From: Felis catus | Taxonomy: Eukaryota | Direction of reading: 5' to 3' | Length of the DNA stretch: 64,000 nt | Assembly (NCBI RefSeq): GCF_018350175.1 | Contig: NC_058385.1 | Span: forward strand, 74,338,001-74,402,000 | Part shown: positions 1 to 12,041 of the stretch, piece by piece | Numbering within the stretch: the first letter of the stretch is position 1 | How the letters are laid out: each line of letters starts with the position of its first letter | The notes under the pieces: generated by a model | The model's input: the letters and a program-made list of their open reading frames with translations, nothing else | Told to the model about the DNA's origin: nothing | Database searches by the model: none | Made by a program: the position numbers and the translations under genes

Positions 1-954
1 TTGCCTCACATGTGAAAGGGACATAATAATAGGATAGACATTTTGGCCGTAGATCTATATATATCCCTCCCTGAAAAATCTTGTCTTTGCACAATGATGC
101 TCTCAAAATAACAGGGCTTATGGGAAAACCAGAGTGAGGGACAGGCAAAACCCAAACCTTGCCATTTTTCACTGAGGACTGACAGAAGCTATCACAATCC
201 TATTTAAAATGCTAGCACAATTTTTAAAAAGACATCGAATCCATCGCAGAGCGACGCCACAGTAAATGCTAAAAGAGCCACGTAGCTTGATGTGGGAGGG
301 AGGAGGGGAGGGGGGGAGTCTGCCGAGTTAGGGAGGGGAAAATTGGAATTGTCGCTTCGGAGGCAGAGACGGTGGCCAGAGGAAGAACGTTGGCCAGTAG
401 GCGCTGTGTACCCTACCGTGTTTCTTGCAGCCGCGCTCCGCTGTGTTTGCGTGTGCTGTATGCACCTGCCGTTTGACGTGCCGGGAAAACCGTGGATCGA
501 CCGATGTGACTCCAGCGTCACAGCTTCTCGCCCGGCCCGAGTTGGAAGCACAGAAGCGCGTGTGGTAGCGGGCAGGGCACGCTGAACCTCACCCGTAGGG
601 CAGTGAAGACGAAGTGAGGTCGCGTAGGCAAATCACGTGTCACGGTGTCTGTGTGCACAGTTGGAGCTCAATAAATGTTTGCTGGTAATGGTAGAAACAA
701 TAATAGGTGTCACTTCTCCACGCATCCCTCTAGCGCTTCAAAGATGTGAGGGGCGTCTGTCCAGGTCTGCTGGGCGCCCCCTCCTTCACGCATGGGAAAT
801 CCAGAAGTTTCGCGGCGCAGAGAGCGTCGCATCTTGGACTCAATGCTGCCCCTGGCCCAAACGGAGGGTCCGTTGTCACGTGACCTGTAAACTGTGGCGG
901 ACTCCGAACTGTTTTCAGATCTTTAAAAAAAACTTTTCTCTGCCTTTTCCCCAG

Positions 955-1146
955 GCCAAGAATTCACCACAACAAGCCGGAAGAGCTTCAAGCCAACGGG
1001 CTTCCAAAACGCGCTCTCTGGAACGTACGGGGCCGTCGTGTTCTCAGCCTCGGGAGCCGATCTGACCGGGGCTCATCTCTTCTGTCTTCTGGCGTGCGAC
1101 CGTGATTCGTGCTGTGATGGCTTCATCCTTGCGCAGGTCCAAGGAG
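955..1146 (+). CDS. TG: Thyroglobulin exon 26 (192 nt, phase 1-1)
   Basis: ttttccccag|GC...GGAG|gtaact; (G)QEFTTTSRKSFKPTGFQNALSGTYGAVVFSASGADLTGAHLFCLLACDRDSCCDGFILAQVQG(G). Confidence 0.96.
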
Positions 1147-1353
1147 GTAACTAATGTGGCAGTGAGGACGGGGGCCCTCCGGTGCCAGGACCCGTGGTCT
1201 GACAGGAATAAGCAGGGTCGCGGAAGCCAGGATATACAACGTGGAGACGGTGTGGGGAGTCACAGCACGAGGTGACCGCTTAGCTTAGGCAGACCCGCGG
1301 GCTTCAGTAGAGGTGGTTTTGATTCTAAGAAGAATTGTAAGCCTTTGAAAGTA

Positions 1354-1407
1354 TTTTTTTTTAATTAAAAACAATGTTTTTTTGAGAGAGAGTGTGAGTG
1401 GGGGAGG

Positions 1408-1449
<42 letters not shown>

Positions 1450-1585
1450 CACTCTGAATCCGAAGCAGGCTCCAGGCTCTGAGCTGTCAGCACAGAGCCT
1501 GATGTGGGGCTCGAACCCATGAGCTGTGAGATCATGACCTGAGTTGAAGCCGGACACTTAAACGACTGAGCCACCCAGGTGCCCC
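1354..1585 (-). mobile_element. Carnivore SINE (SINEC/Can-SINE) with expanded (GA)n
   Basis: T-rich tail, (GA)n, body ending gagccacccaggtgcccc (reverse complement of the tRNA-derived head). Confidence 0.9.
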
Positions 1586-1589
1586 GAGG

Positions 1590-1810
1590 TTTCTATTTTT
1601 TAAATCTTTATTTATTTATTTTGAGAGAGAAAGCGAGCACGAGTGGGGGAGGCACAGAGAGAAAGAGAGAGAAAGAGAGGAGAGAGAGAATCCCAAGCAG
1701 GCCCTATGCTGTCAGCACAGAGCCTGATGCAGGGCTTGAACTCATGAACTGTGAGATCATGACCTGCGTTGAAGTCGGACGCTTCGCAAACTGAGCCACC
1801 CAGGTGGCCC
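1590..1810 (-). mobile_element. Carnivore SINE, tandem with the previous copy
   Basis: tttatttatttattttgagag...ctgagccacccaggtggccc. Confidence 0.9.
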
Positions 1811-1829
1811 ACTAATGACAGTGTGAAGG

Positions 1830-2640
1830 AAAGGAATGCCATGGTCAGATATGAATTTTGACACTTTGTCTTGAGAAGGTGATAGATGGGGAGCTGGAGT
1901 AGATGTGGAGTTCAGTGAGGAGTTACACCCTGCCGTCCAGGTGAGAGGGGGTATCTTGGGCTGAGGGCACAGCAGTGGAGATGAAGAAAAGGGGACAGAT
2001 TCAAGGTATCAATAGCAGACAAACCGACAGGACTTTGGACATGAGTATTGAGGACCATTCTTGGCTCTCCAACTTGTTCACCTAGGTAGCTTGCTTGTGT
2101 AGTGAATGATGGGAGATGTTGGGTTTGGTAATGGGAGACAGAGAGTTGGGAAGGTCATGAACCCATTTACACTGTGCTAAGTTTGAAACGCCTTTAAGAC
2201 AGTCACAAGGTGGGACTGAGCTTTTGGGGACGAAGGTCCAAAGCTCAGAGGGGGAGTCAGGGCGGGCGACGGAAAGGCGTGCGTTCCCGGTGTCGAGGAG
2301 GTATCAGAACCGTGGGTATGGGTGGGATTTCCTTGGAGGCGGGCCCGGGGTGAGAAGATCAAGGGTGATGGGGGCCGACCCCTGGTGAACACCTACATGA
2401 TGGGGAGAACCTTCGAAGAAGACGGAGAACTAGCGGCCAGACAGCAGGGAAGAGACCTGGGAGGGTGGTGCCTCACGGAAGCCGTGGTGCAGAGGGGTGA
2501 CACGTGGAGGAATTTTGTCAACAGACTTGAATACTGCCCAGGGTTCAAACAGGGTGTTTGCTGAAAACGCTGAGGTTAGCTCCCTGCGGTCTGCGGGGGC
2601 CGAATGAGAAAGTGTTGCAGTGGTAGGGCAGGAGCCTGGA
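1830..2640 (-). mobile_element. Degenerate LINE-2 fragment
   Basis: gcagtggagatgaagaaaaggggacagattcaagg...aagtttgaaacgcc resembles the L2 3' region. Confidence 0.5.
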
Positions 2641-3789
2641 CTGGACCAAGTTAGATTCTAAAATTCCTTTTAGGCCTGATGCTCTGTGATTATATGACGT
2701 GCATTCATGTTAGTGTTTAGGTAAGCAAAAGTATATGCAGAGAGAGAGAGATTAAACCCACACAGACACGTGTAAGCATGGACATGCGTGTCAGCGTGTG
2801 TGTGTGGGAAAGACTGCGGTTCAAATCAAGGATGCCTTCTGCCTTCTTTTCCGAGGATACCCACAATTTCCCCCAGATGCTCCATTACTCACCAAACCAT
2901 ATGGTTTTTCGAGTTGGAAGGTTCGTTTCGCTTTCCTTAGAATCCTATATGGAAGAATTATTGTGTTCCATGGAACAGTGAGCCCACAAAATCCTTTTTT
3001 CCATGACATTTCTGGCTAGCAGCTCGCTTGCTTTTTCCTCCAAGCGTAACCTGTGATCCGTGATTTATGCCCAGCTGACCGACCACCTCACAGCGCCGCG
3101 AGTTAAGCTCTCCTCGAGACACACATAAAACATCAAGGCAGATGTTTTCCCCAGTCTTGCCCGACGGGCAGATTTGGAGCTTTAAATTATGAAAGCGCTG
3201 GCTGGGTCTGCCGACGGCCGGGAACAGAATCCTGCTACCGCAGTCTGGAAAGTCATTTAACTTTCTGGTGGATTCCCCCCTTCCCCCTGCCTCAGTGGCT
3301 TTGTTTCCACTGACTAGTAAGGACAATTCGTGAGGCTTCTGTACCTACGTGTCAGTGGGGGCTTCTTGGAAGCGGGGCTCAGAGGGCCTCGCGCGGCTCA
3401 TGGTACACGGGCGTGTACCCGAAGCGGGCAGTGTGTGACCAGCAAAAGGGACTTCCGATCTGTAGCTGGCACCCATGTCTCAGACACACGGCGATCTCGT
3501 TGACACTTTAGCACTAAAGGACAAAGCTGCGTGGGTTTCGCTTTCCAAGGTCTGGAGCAGAAGGAAAAATCTCCCCGCCTCTTGTTTAATCCCATGAGTC
3601 TGCGTCTTGGCTTGTGAGAGGACGGCCCTAGTGCTCAGACTTCCTCTGGGCCCTCAGCGGGCTCCTCCCGGCTCCCACTGAGGTCCTCGCTGCCGGCTGG
3701 CTATTCCTCAGTAGCTAGCAAAACCAGTCCCCTTTCCCATGCCTCTGCTTCCTCATCCGTGGAATGAACTGGGCTAACGAGGCGAGGGA

Positions 3790-4010
3790 TTCTAGAATCC
3801 ATCCGGGCACCAGAATCACCTGGGGTGTTGTTTACAGATGCTAATTCCCAAATGTCACCACCTCCCACCCCTCCAAGACCTACAACCTACCTACCCACCT
3901 ACAGAGTCAGAAACCCTGTGGTTGGTGCCGAGGAACGAGCATTTTCAGAACTCTCCCTGTGCTGTCGATCGGATCGGTCGAAGCCCCCTGGTTTGAGAGC
4001 CACCAGTCAG
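3790..4010. mobile_element. MER5-like hAT-Charlie MITE remnant
   Basis: cagaatcacctgggg...acagagtcagaaaccctgtgg...tttgagagccacc. Confidence 0.55.
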
Positions 4011-4333
4011 AGGGCCTCGAAGGTGGTGTCTTACACAGAGGCACCCCTGATGTTCTTGCTGCTGATGATTTTTTGGCAACTGCAGGTTAAAAGTGGCCAG
4101 TGGGGGGCGGGGGGGGGGGAGGACAGGACATCAGATTCATAAGGCAGGCGTCTGCGGCATCTACTTTGGGGAAATTTGGTGACAGATGAGTTAGAAATGC
4201 TATCTGGCTTTGGGTAGAAATGCGGATAAGGAGGATGGAATGGCATTATGGAATGAGTATTTCCTTTTTTTTTTTTCAGGAGAATCTTAACAACTATACT
4301 ACCTAATGGGATTATTGATCAAAATGATATATA

Positions 4334-4559
4334 GGGGCACCTGGGTGGCTCCGTTAAGTGTCTCTTGAATTCGGCTCTGGCCATGATCTCACGGTTCGTG
4401 AGACTGAGCCCCACGTCCGGCTCTGCCCTGACAGCACAGAACCTGCTTGGGATTCTCTCTCTGTCTCTCTCCCTCTCTTTCTCTTTCTCTGCTCCTCCCC
4501 TGCTCATGTGCTCACTCTCTCCCTCAAAATAAATAAATAGACATTAAAAAAAAATAAAA
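4334..4559 (+). mobile_element. Carnivore SINE (sense to TG)
   Basis: ggggcacctgggtggctc head, (CT)n, aaataaataaa tail. Confidence 0.9.
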
Positions 4560-4778
4560 CTTCGGATATTTATATATTCAAGACAAAATGGTCTGGTGCC
4601 TCCCCTAGTTAGAGATATCTCCCTGCACGTCCCGGACACACGGGCACACAGCCTGTGCTTGAATGCCTCCAGAGACGAGGAGCTCGCTTCCTGATAGGGA
4701 AGTTTGTGCTGTTGGTGCAGGGCTCTTGGTTTTTCATAGTTCCTTACTTTGAATCTGAGTCCCTTCAAGGTTGATGCG

Positions 4779-4800
4779 TGTGTGTGTGTGTGTGTGTGTA
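4779..4800. repeat. (TG)n microsatellite
   Basis: Direct reading. Confidence 0.9.
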
Positions 4801-5219
4801 TGTGAGAGGTGGCGGGGGGCTGCTGTTTATTTGCTCCAGGCCTCAAAAAAGCTCTGCGTGCGGTGGGGGTAGAGGAGGAGGACAGAGGATTCTGGCACCG
4901 AGACCCCCAGTGGTGTTGAGGTGTCGTCACTGCCGCTGACCCACGAAGAGGGCCTCTGACACACAAGGAAAGTTCGGCAGTCGCGCTGGTGGCTCTTCCT
5001 TGGGGAATTTGCCCCGGTGGCAACTGCAGGCCTATCAGGGAAAAGTAACCCAGTTGAAGACCAGGCTCCTGAGTTCCAGGGTCCCTCTGTGTTCCCGAGG
5101 AATTGTTACCTGTCCCCATCCTCCAGGAAGCCTCTCGGGGCACAGACGTGAGTCCCTGGTGGGCGGGGGCCTTCCTGTCTCTATCACATCAGCCTCTCTT
5201 CCCTCTCGTGACTCTGCAG

Positions 5220-5384
5220 GCCCCCTCATCTGCGGGCTGCTGAGCTCCCCCGACGTCCTGCTTTGCAACGTCAAAGACTGGAGGGACCCCACGGAAGCCC
5301 GGGCTAATGCCACGTGTCCGGGTGTGACATACGACCAGGGGAGCCGCCCGGCGACACTGCGGCTGGGAGGCCAGGAGTTCGAGA
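5220..5384 (+). CDS. TG: Thyroglobulin exon 27 (165 nt, phase 1-1)
   Basis: actctgcag|GC...GAGA|gtaagt; (G)PLICGLLSSPDVLLCNVKDWRDPTEARANATCPGVTYDQGSRPATLRLGGQEFE(I). Confidence 0.96.
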
Positions 5385-5929
5385 GTAAGTCTCCGCCTTC
5401 GGCTTACGTTCCTTCAGAAGGAATTTTCCTCAGCAGCAAGGTCCGCCGCCCCTCCCCTGAGAGCCCTCCTTGTACCCTGAGAAATTTCTCCTTCTGAAAA
5501 GAAACTGGACCAAAGATGCTGCATAAAACTCTCAGACCCCAGGGTGGCTGGAGGGGGCGGGGGCTGGCTCCGCCGGGAGGCTACTCTGTTGCAGGTGGTC
5601 CCGGTACCAGCCACACTGCCCGTTCTAATTCCAGGGGTGCAAGAGACTGTGCCCCTCCCCCCCCCCACATGGGCTCCATTGACAGAAATCACCATCCGGC
5701 CCGTGCCTTCCTCTTCTTTCTTTCAGAAGCTCTTCCAACCTTTCCCACAAGCCTAGAAGCCTTAGATCTAGAAGTCGCTCTGAGATCATTTGCCCGCCCC
5801 CTCATCTCACAGGGATAGGCATTAGCGAGGCGCCCAGTCACATCTCCTCTCTGCCCACCCCAGCCCTGCCCTCTCGGCAGGTGTCCCTCAGGGAAGAGTC
5901 CTGAGCTGGAGACTGACCACAGCAGCAAG

Positions 5930-6085
5930 ACTCAGTGGGGTCAGGACCGGCGGGCTCAGCATCACCAGAAGCTCCTTAGAAACACAAGTTCTCAGGTCCC
6001 GCCCCGGACCCCCAGGGTGGCCCCAGGAGTCTGTTCTAACCGGCTGTCTAGGATCATGCTATGCCTGCTGAGTTTGAGAAGCGTG
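5930..6085. mobile_element. MER5A-like MITE remnant
   Basis: cagcatcacc...ttagaaacacaagttctcaggtcccgcccc...gagtttgagaagc. Confidence 0.55.
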
Positions 6086-6884
6086 AGAAGCACTGACGAG
6101 GTGACCTGGGAGCTTCCTTCCGACCCGAACAGTCGGAGTTTATAGTGAGAACAGGGCCCAGGGATCCCTCGCTCCCGGTTCCTCTGTGAGGTTGGTGGCA
6201 GCCTGGCTCCCTCTCTGTTTTCCTGCCAGCACGTGGTCCCAGCCCACCCTCTGCGACGGGAGGGGTGAAAGCCGCGCGGGGGTCGGCTGGACAGGGCGGG
6301 GAAGGGGCTGCGGGGAGGTCAGAGAGCCCTTGGAGATTCCTGTCTCTACGGGACGTGGCGGCCACCGTCTCCTGCCTCCAGGGGAGGCCTGCAGGACCTG
6401 CTGCTCAGTGGACGGCAGCTCTTGGGGTTCTAATGGCAGACAGCTTGCCACCTCCTCCAGCAGCCCTCCCTGACTACCCTGTAGAGTTTGTTGCTTCCTC
6501 CGCCATAGAGCATGACACACAGTTTACGAATCCCTCTGTCGGGCAGTGCGGGGGGGCCGTGTGGGGGGCAGTGCCCTGCAGGTGTGCCTCTGCCTGTCCA
6601 TGGGTCTCACTTGCCAGCCGGGAGTGTGTCTGTGGTGGTGAATCCCAGCTTGGGACCCCGCGTGTGTGACCTGGGGCCGGTCAGTAAAGGTCTTCAGGCC
6701 TGATGGCTTGTCTACAAAATGGGGTGAGGACAGGACCCGTCTCCCCGGGCTGTGGTGATGGCGGAAAGGAAGATATTGGCGGTAATCACAGACATGTCTC
6801 CCATCGTGCGTGCGATGAGCCAGCCCCTGCTCTAAGGCCCCGGCCACTGCTAAGGCATGTACCTCCCACATGGTGCTTGTGGGG

Positions 6885-7020
6885 AGGCACTGTTACCAAG
6901 GCTCCCCGTTTTACAGCTGAAGAAACTGAGGCACACAGAAAGCGAAGTCTTCTTAAGGGCTCAGGACTTCCAAGTAGAAGGGCGGGGACCCGACACGGGG
7001 TGATGTGGTTCTAAAGCTGA
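6885..7020 (-). mobile_element. MIR
   Basis: ccgttttacagctgaagaaactgaggcacacaga core. Confidence 0.6.
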
Positions 7021-7133
7021 TGGGCTTGCCCACTTCTCTGTAGTGGACGCTGCGGATAATACACCTGTTTGGGGACTTTGTAGGGTGTCTGACACTTAGT
7101 ATTGATATTAGATACTATTATTATCATTCTTAA

Positions 7134-7348
7134 TTTTTTTTTCTCAACGTTTTTATTTATTTTTGGGACAGAGAGAGACAGAGCATGAACGGGGGAGGGC
7201 AGAGAGAGAGGGAGACACAGAATCGGAAACAGGCTCCAGGCTCTGAGCCATCAGCCCAGAGCCTGACGCGGGGCTCGAACTCACGGACCGCGAGATCGTG
7301 ACCTGGCTGAAGTCGGACGCTTAACCGACTGCGCCACCCAGGCGCCCC
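7134..7348 (-). mobile_element. Young felid SINEC_Fc-type SINE with 11-bp TSD
   Basis: Near-consensus body with intact CpGs; TSD atcattcttaa at 7123-7133 and 7350-7360. Confidence 0.95.
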
Positions 7349-7850
7349 AATCATTCTTAAAGTTGTCACTGCGTTTTGCTATTTTAAAGACCTGGACCGT
7401 GTCTTACTAATTTCTGGATCCACAGCGCCAAGCATGAAACCTGGCGTAGAGAATACACATAATACCTGTGGAGTGACTATTTACCAAAGCCTGAACACAA
7501 AATATTGCCTAATTAGGTGGGATTCCATGAGGCTTAGTTTTTTTGGGGGTAAATAAAATCAAACAACTTATTTATAGGATAGACAGTGAACATATGGTAT
7601 CCATTATTCTGAGAGGTAGCCCAGGGTGAAAACAAGCATTTGAAGAGAGACGTATGATATGTTTATGGGCAGTAAATCCAGAGTGAATTGCTTACCATGG
7701 AGCATGTGCTTGGTGTGTGCCCAAGAAATAAAGAATGTGTCCTTGTCTGGCCTCCCTGAGAAGGAGTGATTTCCAAATGACTTTTGAAGTTTCGGGTTCT
7801 TTCAGTGCTCTGTGTGTCTGTGTGTATTTTGAGGTGCGGGCAAAGGTTTC

Positions 7851-8038
7851 TTTTTTGTTTAATATTTTTCATGGTTTTTTTTTTTTTGAAAGAGAGAGAG
7901 CTTGAGTGGGGCAGGGGCAGACAGAGGGGAGACAGAGGCTCCGAACTAACAGTAATGAGGGGCTCAAACTCACGAGCTGTGAGATCATGACCTGAGCTGA
8001 AGTCGGACGCTCAACCGACTGAGCCACCCAGGCACCCC
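7851..8038 (-). mobile_element. Carnivore SINE (internally shortened)
   Basis: T tail, (GA)n, ends gagccacccaggcacccc. Confidence 0.88.
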
Positions 8039-8058
8039 TGATGTAGGCAAAGTTTTTC

Positions 8059-8286
8059 TTTTTTTTTAAGTTTATTTATTTATTTTGAGAGAGAGAGAGA
8101 CAGAGAGAAAGAGAGAACACCAGCAAGGGATGGACAGAGAGAGGGAGAGGAAGAAGGAGAGAGAGAATCCTAACCAGGCTCCGCACAGTCAGTGCGGAGC
8201 CGGATGCGGGGCTTGAACCCAGGAACCACAAGATCATGACCTGAGCCAAAGTTGGACGCTTAACCGACTGAGCCACCCAGGCACCC
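8059..8286 (-). mobile_element. Carnivore SINE, tandem with the previous copy
   Basis: tttatttatttattttgagag...gagccacccaggcaccc. Confidence 0.9.
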
Positions 8287-8714
8287 GTGGTGTGGGCTAA
8301 GTTTTAAGAAGGGTGCGCTTGGATGGGGATTTCAGGCACCCTGAGGTATATTCATGATGTTCCAAATTAAGAGTTGCCTTATTACACAGACTGATCAGGA
8401 GGCCCTCTCCAACTGGGAACAGCAGGGCACAAATCTTCCTGTCGTGGTAATTGGTCACTCTAAGTACAATTAATCCCTGGGAAAAGAAATGAGATTTAAG
8501 TTCTTACTAAGATGTGAATAGCTGATAGATTCCCTTTTCTAAGAACAGATATTGATAGAGGGAAAGAGGAGTGAGGATTCCATGGGTCCAGACGGCAGCA
8601 GGGGAGGCCACAGCAAGGATCGAAAGCACATGGGAAGGAGCTGGGGACAATCAAGACGAGCTCTGCCCCTCTCAGCCCCTGCCTTCCCATTTAGCCATTG
8701 GTTAGATGGTCTCG

Positions 8715-8900
8715 GCAATACACACTCTGGAATTAGACCCCGGATTCAAATCCCAGTGTGGCTGCCTGTGCTCCTTGTATGACCTTTCTGGGCCTTGGCT
8801 TTCCCAGTTATAAAGTGCAGATAATGATGACTTTGGGAAGGATTGGAAGGATTAAGGGAGGAGTGTGCGGTGAGGCACTGGAGTGATGCTTGCAGCGAGG
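8715..8900 (+). mobile_element. MIR
   Basis: actctggaattagacccggattcaaatcccag...tgacc...ggccttggcttcc...taaagtgcagataat. Confidence 0.6.
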
Positions 8901-9731
8901 TGGGCACTCAGCAGATACTAGAGACTATGGAGCAGTGGCCTGCCCTGAAAATACTGGACACGAATTCTGCTTTTCTCCTCCAGCTCCGCGGCCTCGCTCG
9001 AATACACATTAACCTCTCCTAGCCTCAGTGTCTCCGTCTGTAAAATGGGGGTATGCTTTTTTGTATGTTACGGAGTGAAGTGCTCATATTCCCTCTAGGC
9101 CATAGTTGAAGGCATTGCTTTCTGAACCTCAAGTCCCGGGTCCCCTGACGGCACATCCCGCAGAGGCACCCTGTAGGACTTCTGGTCTGGACGTCCGCTT
9201 TCATCCGTCAGCTCGCGGGTCCTTCGAGGGGGCTGGTTCAACAGCTGGCCTGGTTAATGGAGAATCAGCCTTCACGTGTATAAGCGAATTGATTGCCATT
9301 TGTGGGAAATTGTAACCCAGTGGAATACACTGAATCAGACGGGAAGCGCATCAGAATCCGTGTTGCGTTTTGCAAAACGCTTTCACACCGAGCTGCTCAC
9401 TGATGCTTTTGACACTTGGGGGAGGCAGCTGGTCGCATCACAGTTGTACCCACGAGAGTGCAGTCACAGCTGTGATGTGGCGTGCTTAAGGAAACTGTCA
9501 TTGCTGGCACCTGCACCTTAAACTTGGGAGACCAGAGCTATCAGCGAAAGCTCTCCCCACCGCCCCCTTGGTGCCACTTGCTTGGGTTACTTGAGTGATT
9601 CCAGCAAATTAAGGAGTCCAGTGATGAAGAATGTTGGTCCTCGGCCATCTCTCTGGGCTTGTCTCCTCCAGACATTGGGTCATTAATGTCAGCTTCTTGC
9701 ATGTTCTACTTTGAGGATTATTTAAAAAAAA

Positions 9732-9944
9732 TTTTTTTTTCAACGTTTTATTTATTTTTGGGACAGAGAGAGACAGAGCATGAACGGGCGAGGGGCAGAG
9801 AGAGAGGGAGACACAGAATCGGAAACAGGCTCCAGGCTCTGAGCCATCAGCCCAGAGCCTGACGCGGGGCTCAAACTCACAGACCGCGAGATCGTGACCT
9901 GGCTGAAGTCGGACGCTTAACCGACTGCGCCACCCAGGCGCCCC
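9732..9944 (-). mobile_element. Young felid SINEC_Fc-type SINE inserted in the tail of an older SINE
   Basis: caacgttttatttatttttgggacag...gcgccacccaggcgcccc; flanked by taaaaaa-ttttttt on both sides. Confidence 0.93.
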
Positions 9945-9972
9945 TAAAAAATTTTTTTAACATTTCTTTATT

Positions 9973-10005
<33 letters not shown>

Positions 10006-10162
10006 CGAGCATGAGCGGGGGAGGAACAGAGAGAGGGAGACAGACAGAATCTGAAGCAGGCTACAGGATCTGAGCCTGACGCGGGGTTCCAACCCATGAA
10101 CCATGAGATCATGACCTGAGCTGGAGTTGGACGGCCAGCCAACTGAGCCCCCCAGGTGCCCC
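9945..10162 (-). mobile_element. Older carnivore SINE
   Basis: T tail, (GA)n, ends ctgagccccccaggtgcccc. Confidence 0.88.
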
Positions 10163-11276
10163 CAGAATGCCTCTTTAGCACGTTTCTCTTCATTTGTTAA
10201 GCCAAACAAATATCAGTTCACATCAAACAAATAACACCACAAAAAAACCCCACAAATTACGGAGAGGCCGTTTTATCCAATATGAAGGCCCAGGGCTTTT
10301 CCTGGTTGTGAGGTTTCTCTTTCCCGTCATCAGATTTCTGTTTAAACATCTCCCTCAAGATCAGAACCCACCCACGGTCGGCATCTCCCGCGTTGCCAGT
10401 GGGCATCTCTGGATGTTTCAAGTACTTGGTGCTGGCTGGATCCATCTTCCCTTTTCTAAGAGGAAAGTCTTGGAAAGCTCCGGAATGGCTTATAGTTCCT
10501 TTCTCACAATGTCTTGAAGTGCAAATGAATGAAAACAGGCAGATTAAATGTCCCCTAATGTCCACAGAGACTTGACATTTGACAGGAAAACACAGGCCTT
10601 GGCAGAACACCCCTGGGTTTATCCTGAATCCCAAAGGCTTCATGCTTTGGGCAATGGTGAGGCTCAGGCCGATGGCTGGCGTCCCCTTTGCAGGAGTCTG
10701 TTTTGTATCAGTGATTGCTATTGTCTCAGGGTGCCGGGAGCTTGGTGGAAAAACTTAACAGTGCATCTGTGATGCTCTTTGTCACCAAATGCACTTGGAG
10801 TTGATGTCTGATGAGCATCTATAAATAGGCTGACCCTCCTAGTTATTTACAGGAGCTGTCAATGTGCTTAGCACTAAGCAGAGCCTGAGACAAGGATTCG
10901 AGAGTGCAATTTGTTTAGGAGGCGCAAAGAATATACGGTGGGCTCTGAAACCTGGGCTTTCTGGCTTAGGACGCTGCCCACTCCCAGGCTGTAGATTCAA
11001 ACTGAGCCCCCACTCCCACCCCAGACACAGCACATGGCCTCTGCAGAAGTGTTTTGAAGTATATTAAGACCACACAGCACCCATCAACCCCCAAGAATCA
11101 GGCTCCGTGCCAAACCCCAAAACTTCTAAATGTGTATGCGTTCTTGCTGCCTTGATTACCGAGAGAGAGGCGATGAGTCAGCGTGGAGCCCTGTTTGTGT
11201 AACAGGGATGTTCTAACTCAACTATCACGGAAGGAATGGGACAAATGTCTGGACAGTTAAAACTGTTTTTGCTTTA

Positions 11277-11478
11277 GGGGCGCCTGGTGGCTCCGTCAGT
11301 TAAACGTCCGACTCTTGATTTCCACCCTGGTCGTGATCTCACGGTTTGTGGGTTCAGGCCCTGCATCGGGCTCCGCACTGACAGTGCAGAGCCTGCTTGG
11401 ATTCTCTCTCTCTCCCTCTCTCTCTGCCACTCCCCTCCACTCTCTCTCTCTCTCTTACAATAAATAAATAAACTTAAA
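11277..11478 (+). mobile_element. Carnivore SINE (sense to TG)
   Basis: ggggcgcctggtggctc head, (CT)n, aataaataaataaa tail. Confidence 0.9.
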
Positions 11479-11750
11479 GAAACCTGTTTTATGTTAGAAT
11501 ATTGCTTAGCAGAGAAGGGGAGGCATAACGTTTGCTTCCGTTCTGTGTTCCTCCTTGCAATCAACGACAGCTCTGCAGCAGGGATTATGCTCGGTGTGGG
11601 TGATACAAAGATGAAGAAGGCCCAGTTCCCAACCTCGGAAAGCTCTAGTACATTCAAGGACAATTACAGTCAAGTGTGAGCTTAAAGACAGAGGTGTTTG
11701 TTGAGTGCTGCGGAAATCCAGAGGAGGGGTACATAACCCAGCCAGGGGGG

Positions 11751-11967
11751 TTGTTTTTTTTTTCAACGTTTATTTATTTTTGGGGCAGAGAGAGACAGAG
11801 CATGAACGGGGGAGGGGCAGAGAGAGAGGGAGACACAGAATCGGAAACAGGCTCCAGGCTCCGAGCCATCAGCCCAGAGCCTGACGCGGGGCTCGAACTC
11901 ACGGACCGCGAGATCGTGACCTGGCTGAAGTCGGACGCTTAACCGACTGCGCCACCCAGGCGCCCCC
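11751..11967 (-). mobile_element. Young felid SINEC_Fc-type SINE
   Basis: Near-identical to the copy at 7134-7348. Confidence 0.95.
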
Positions 11968-12041
11968 TTTTTTTTTTTTAATTTTTTTTTTCAACGTTTA
12001 TTTATTTTTGGGACAGAGAGAGGCAGAGCATGAATGGGGGA
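11968..12041 (-). mobile_element. 5'-truncated young SINEC_Fc-type fragment (tail plus about 50 nt)
   Basis: ttttcaacgtttatttatttttgggacagagagaggcagagcatgaatggggga, then non-SINE sequence. Confidence 0.85.

Noticed and set aside
2964-2977. 14-bp perfect palindrome tgttccatggaaca
   Set aside because: A few such palindromes are expected by chance in 64 kb; no supporting context.
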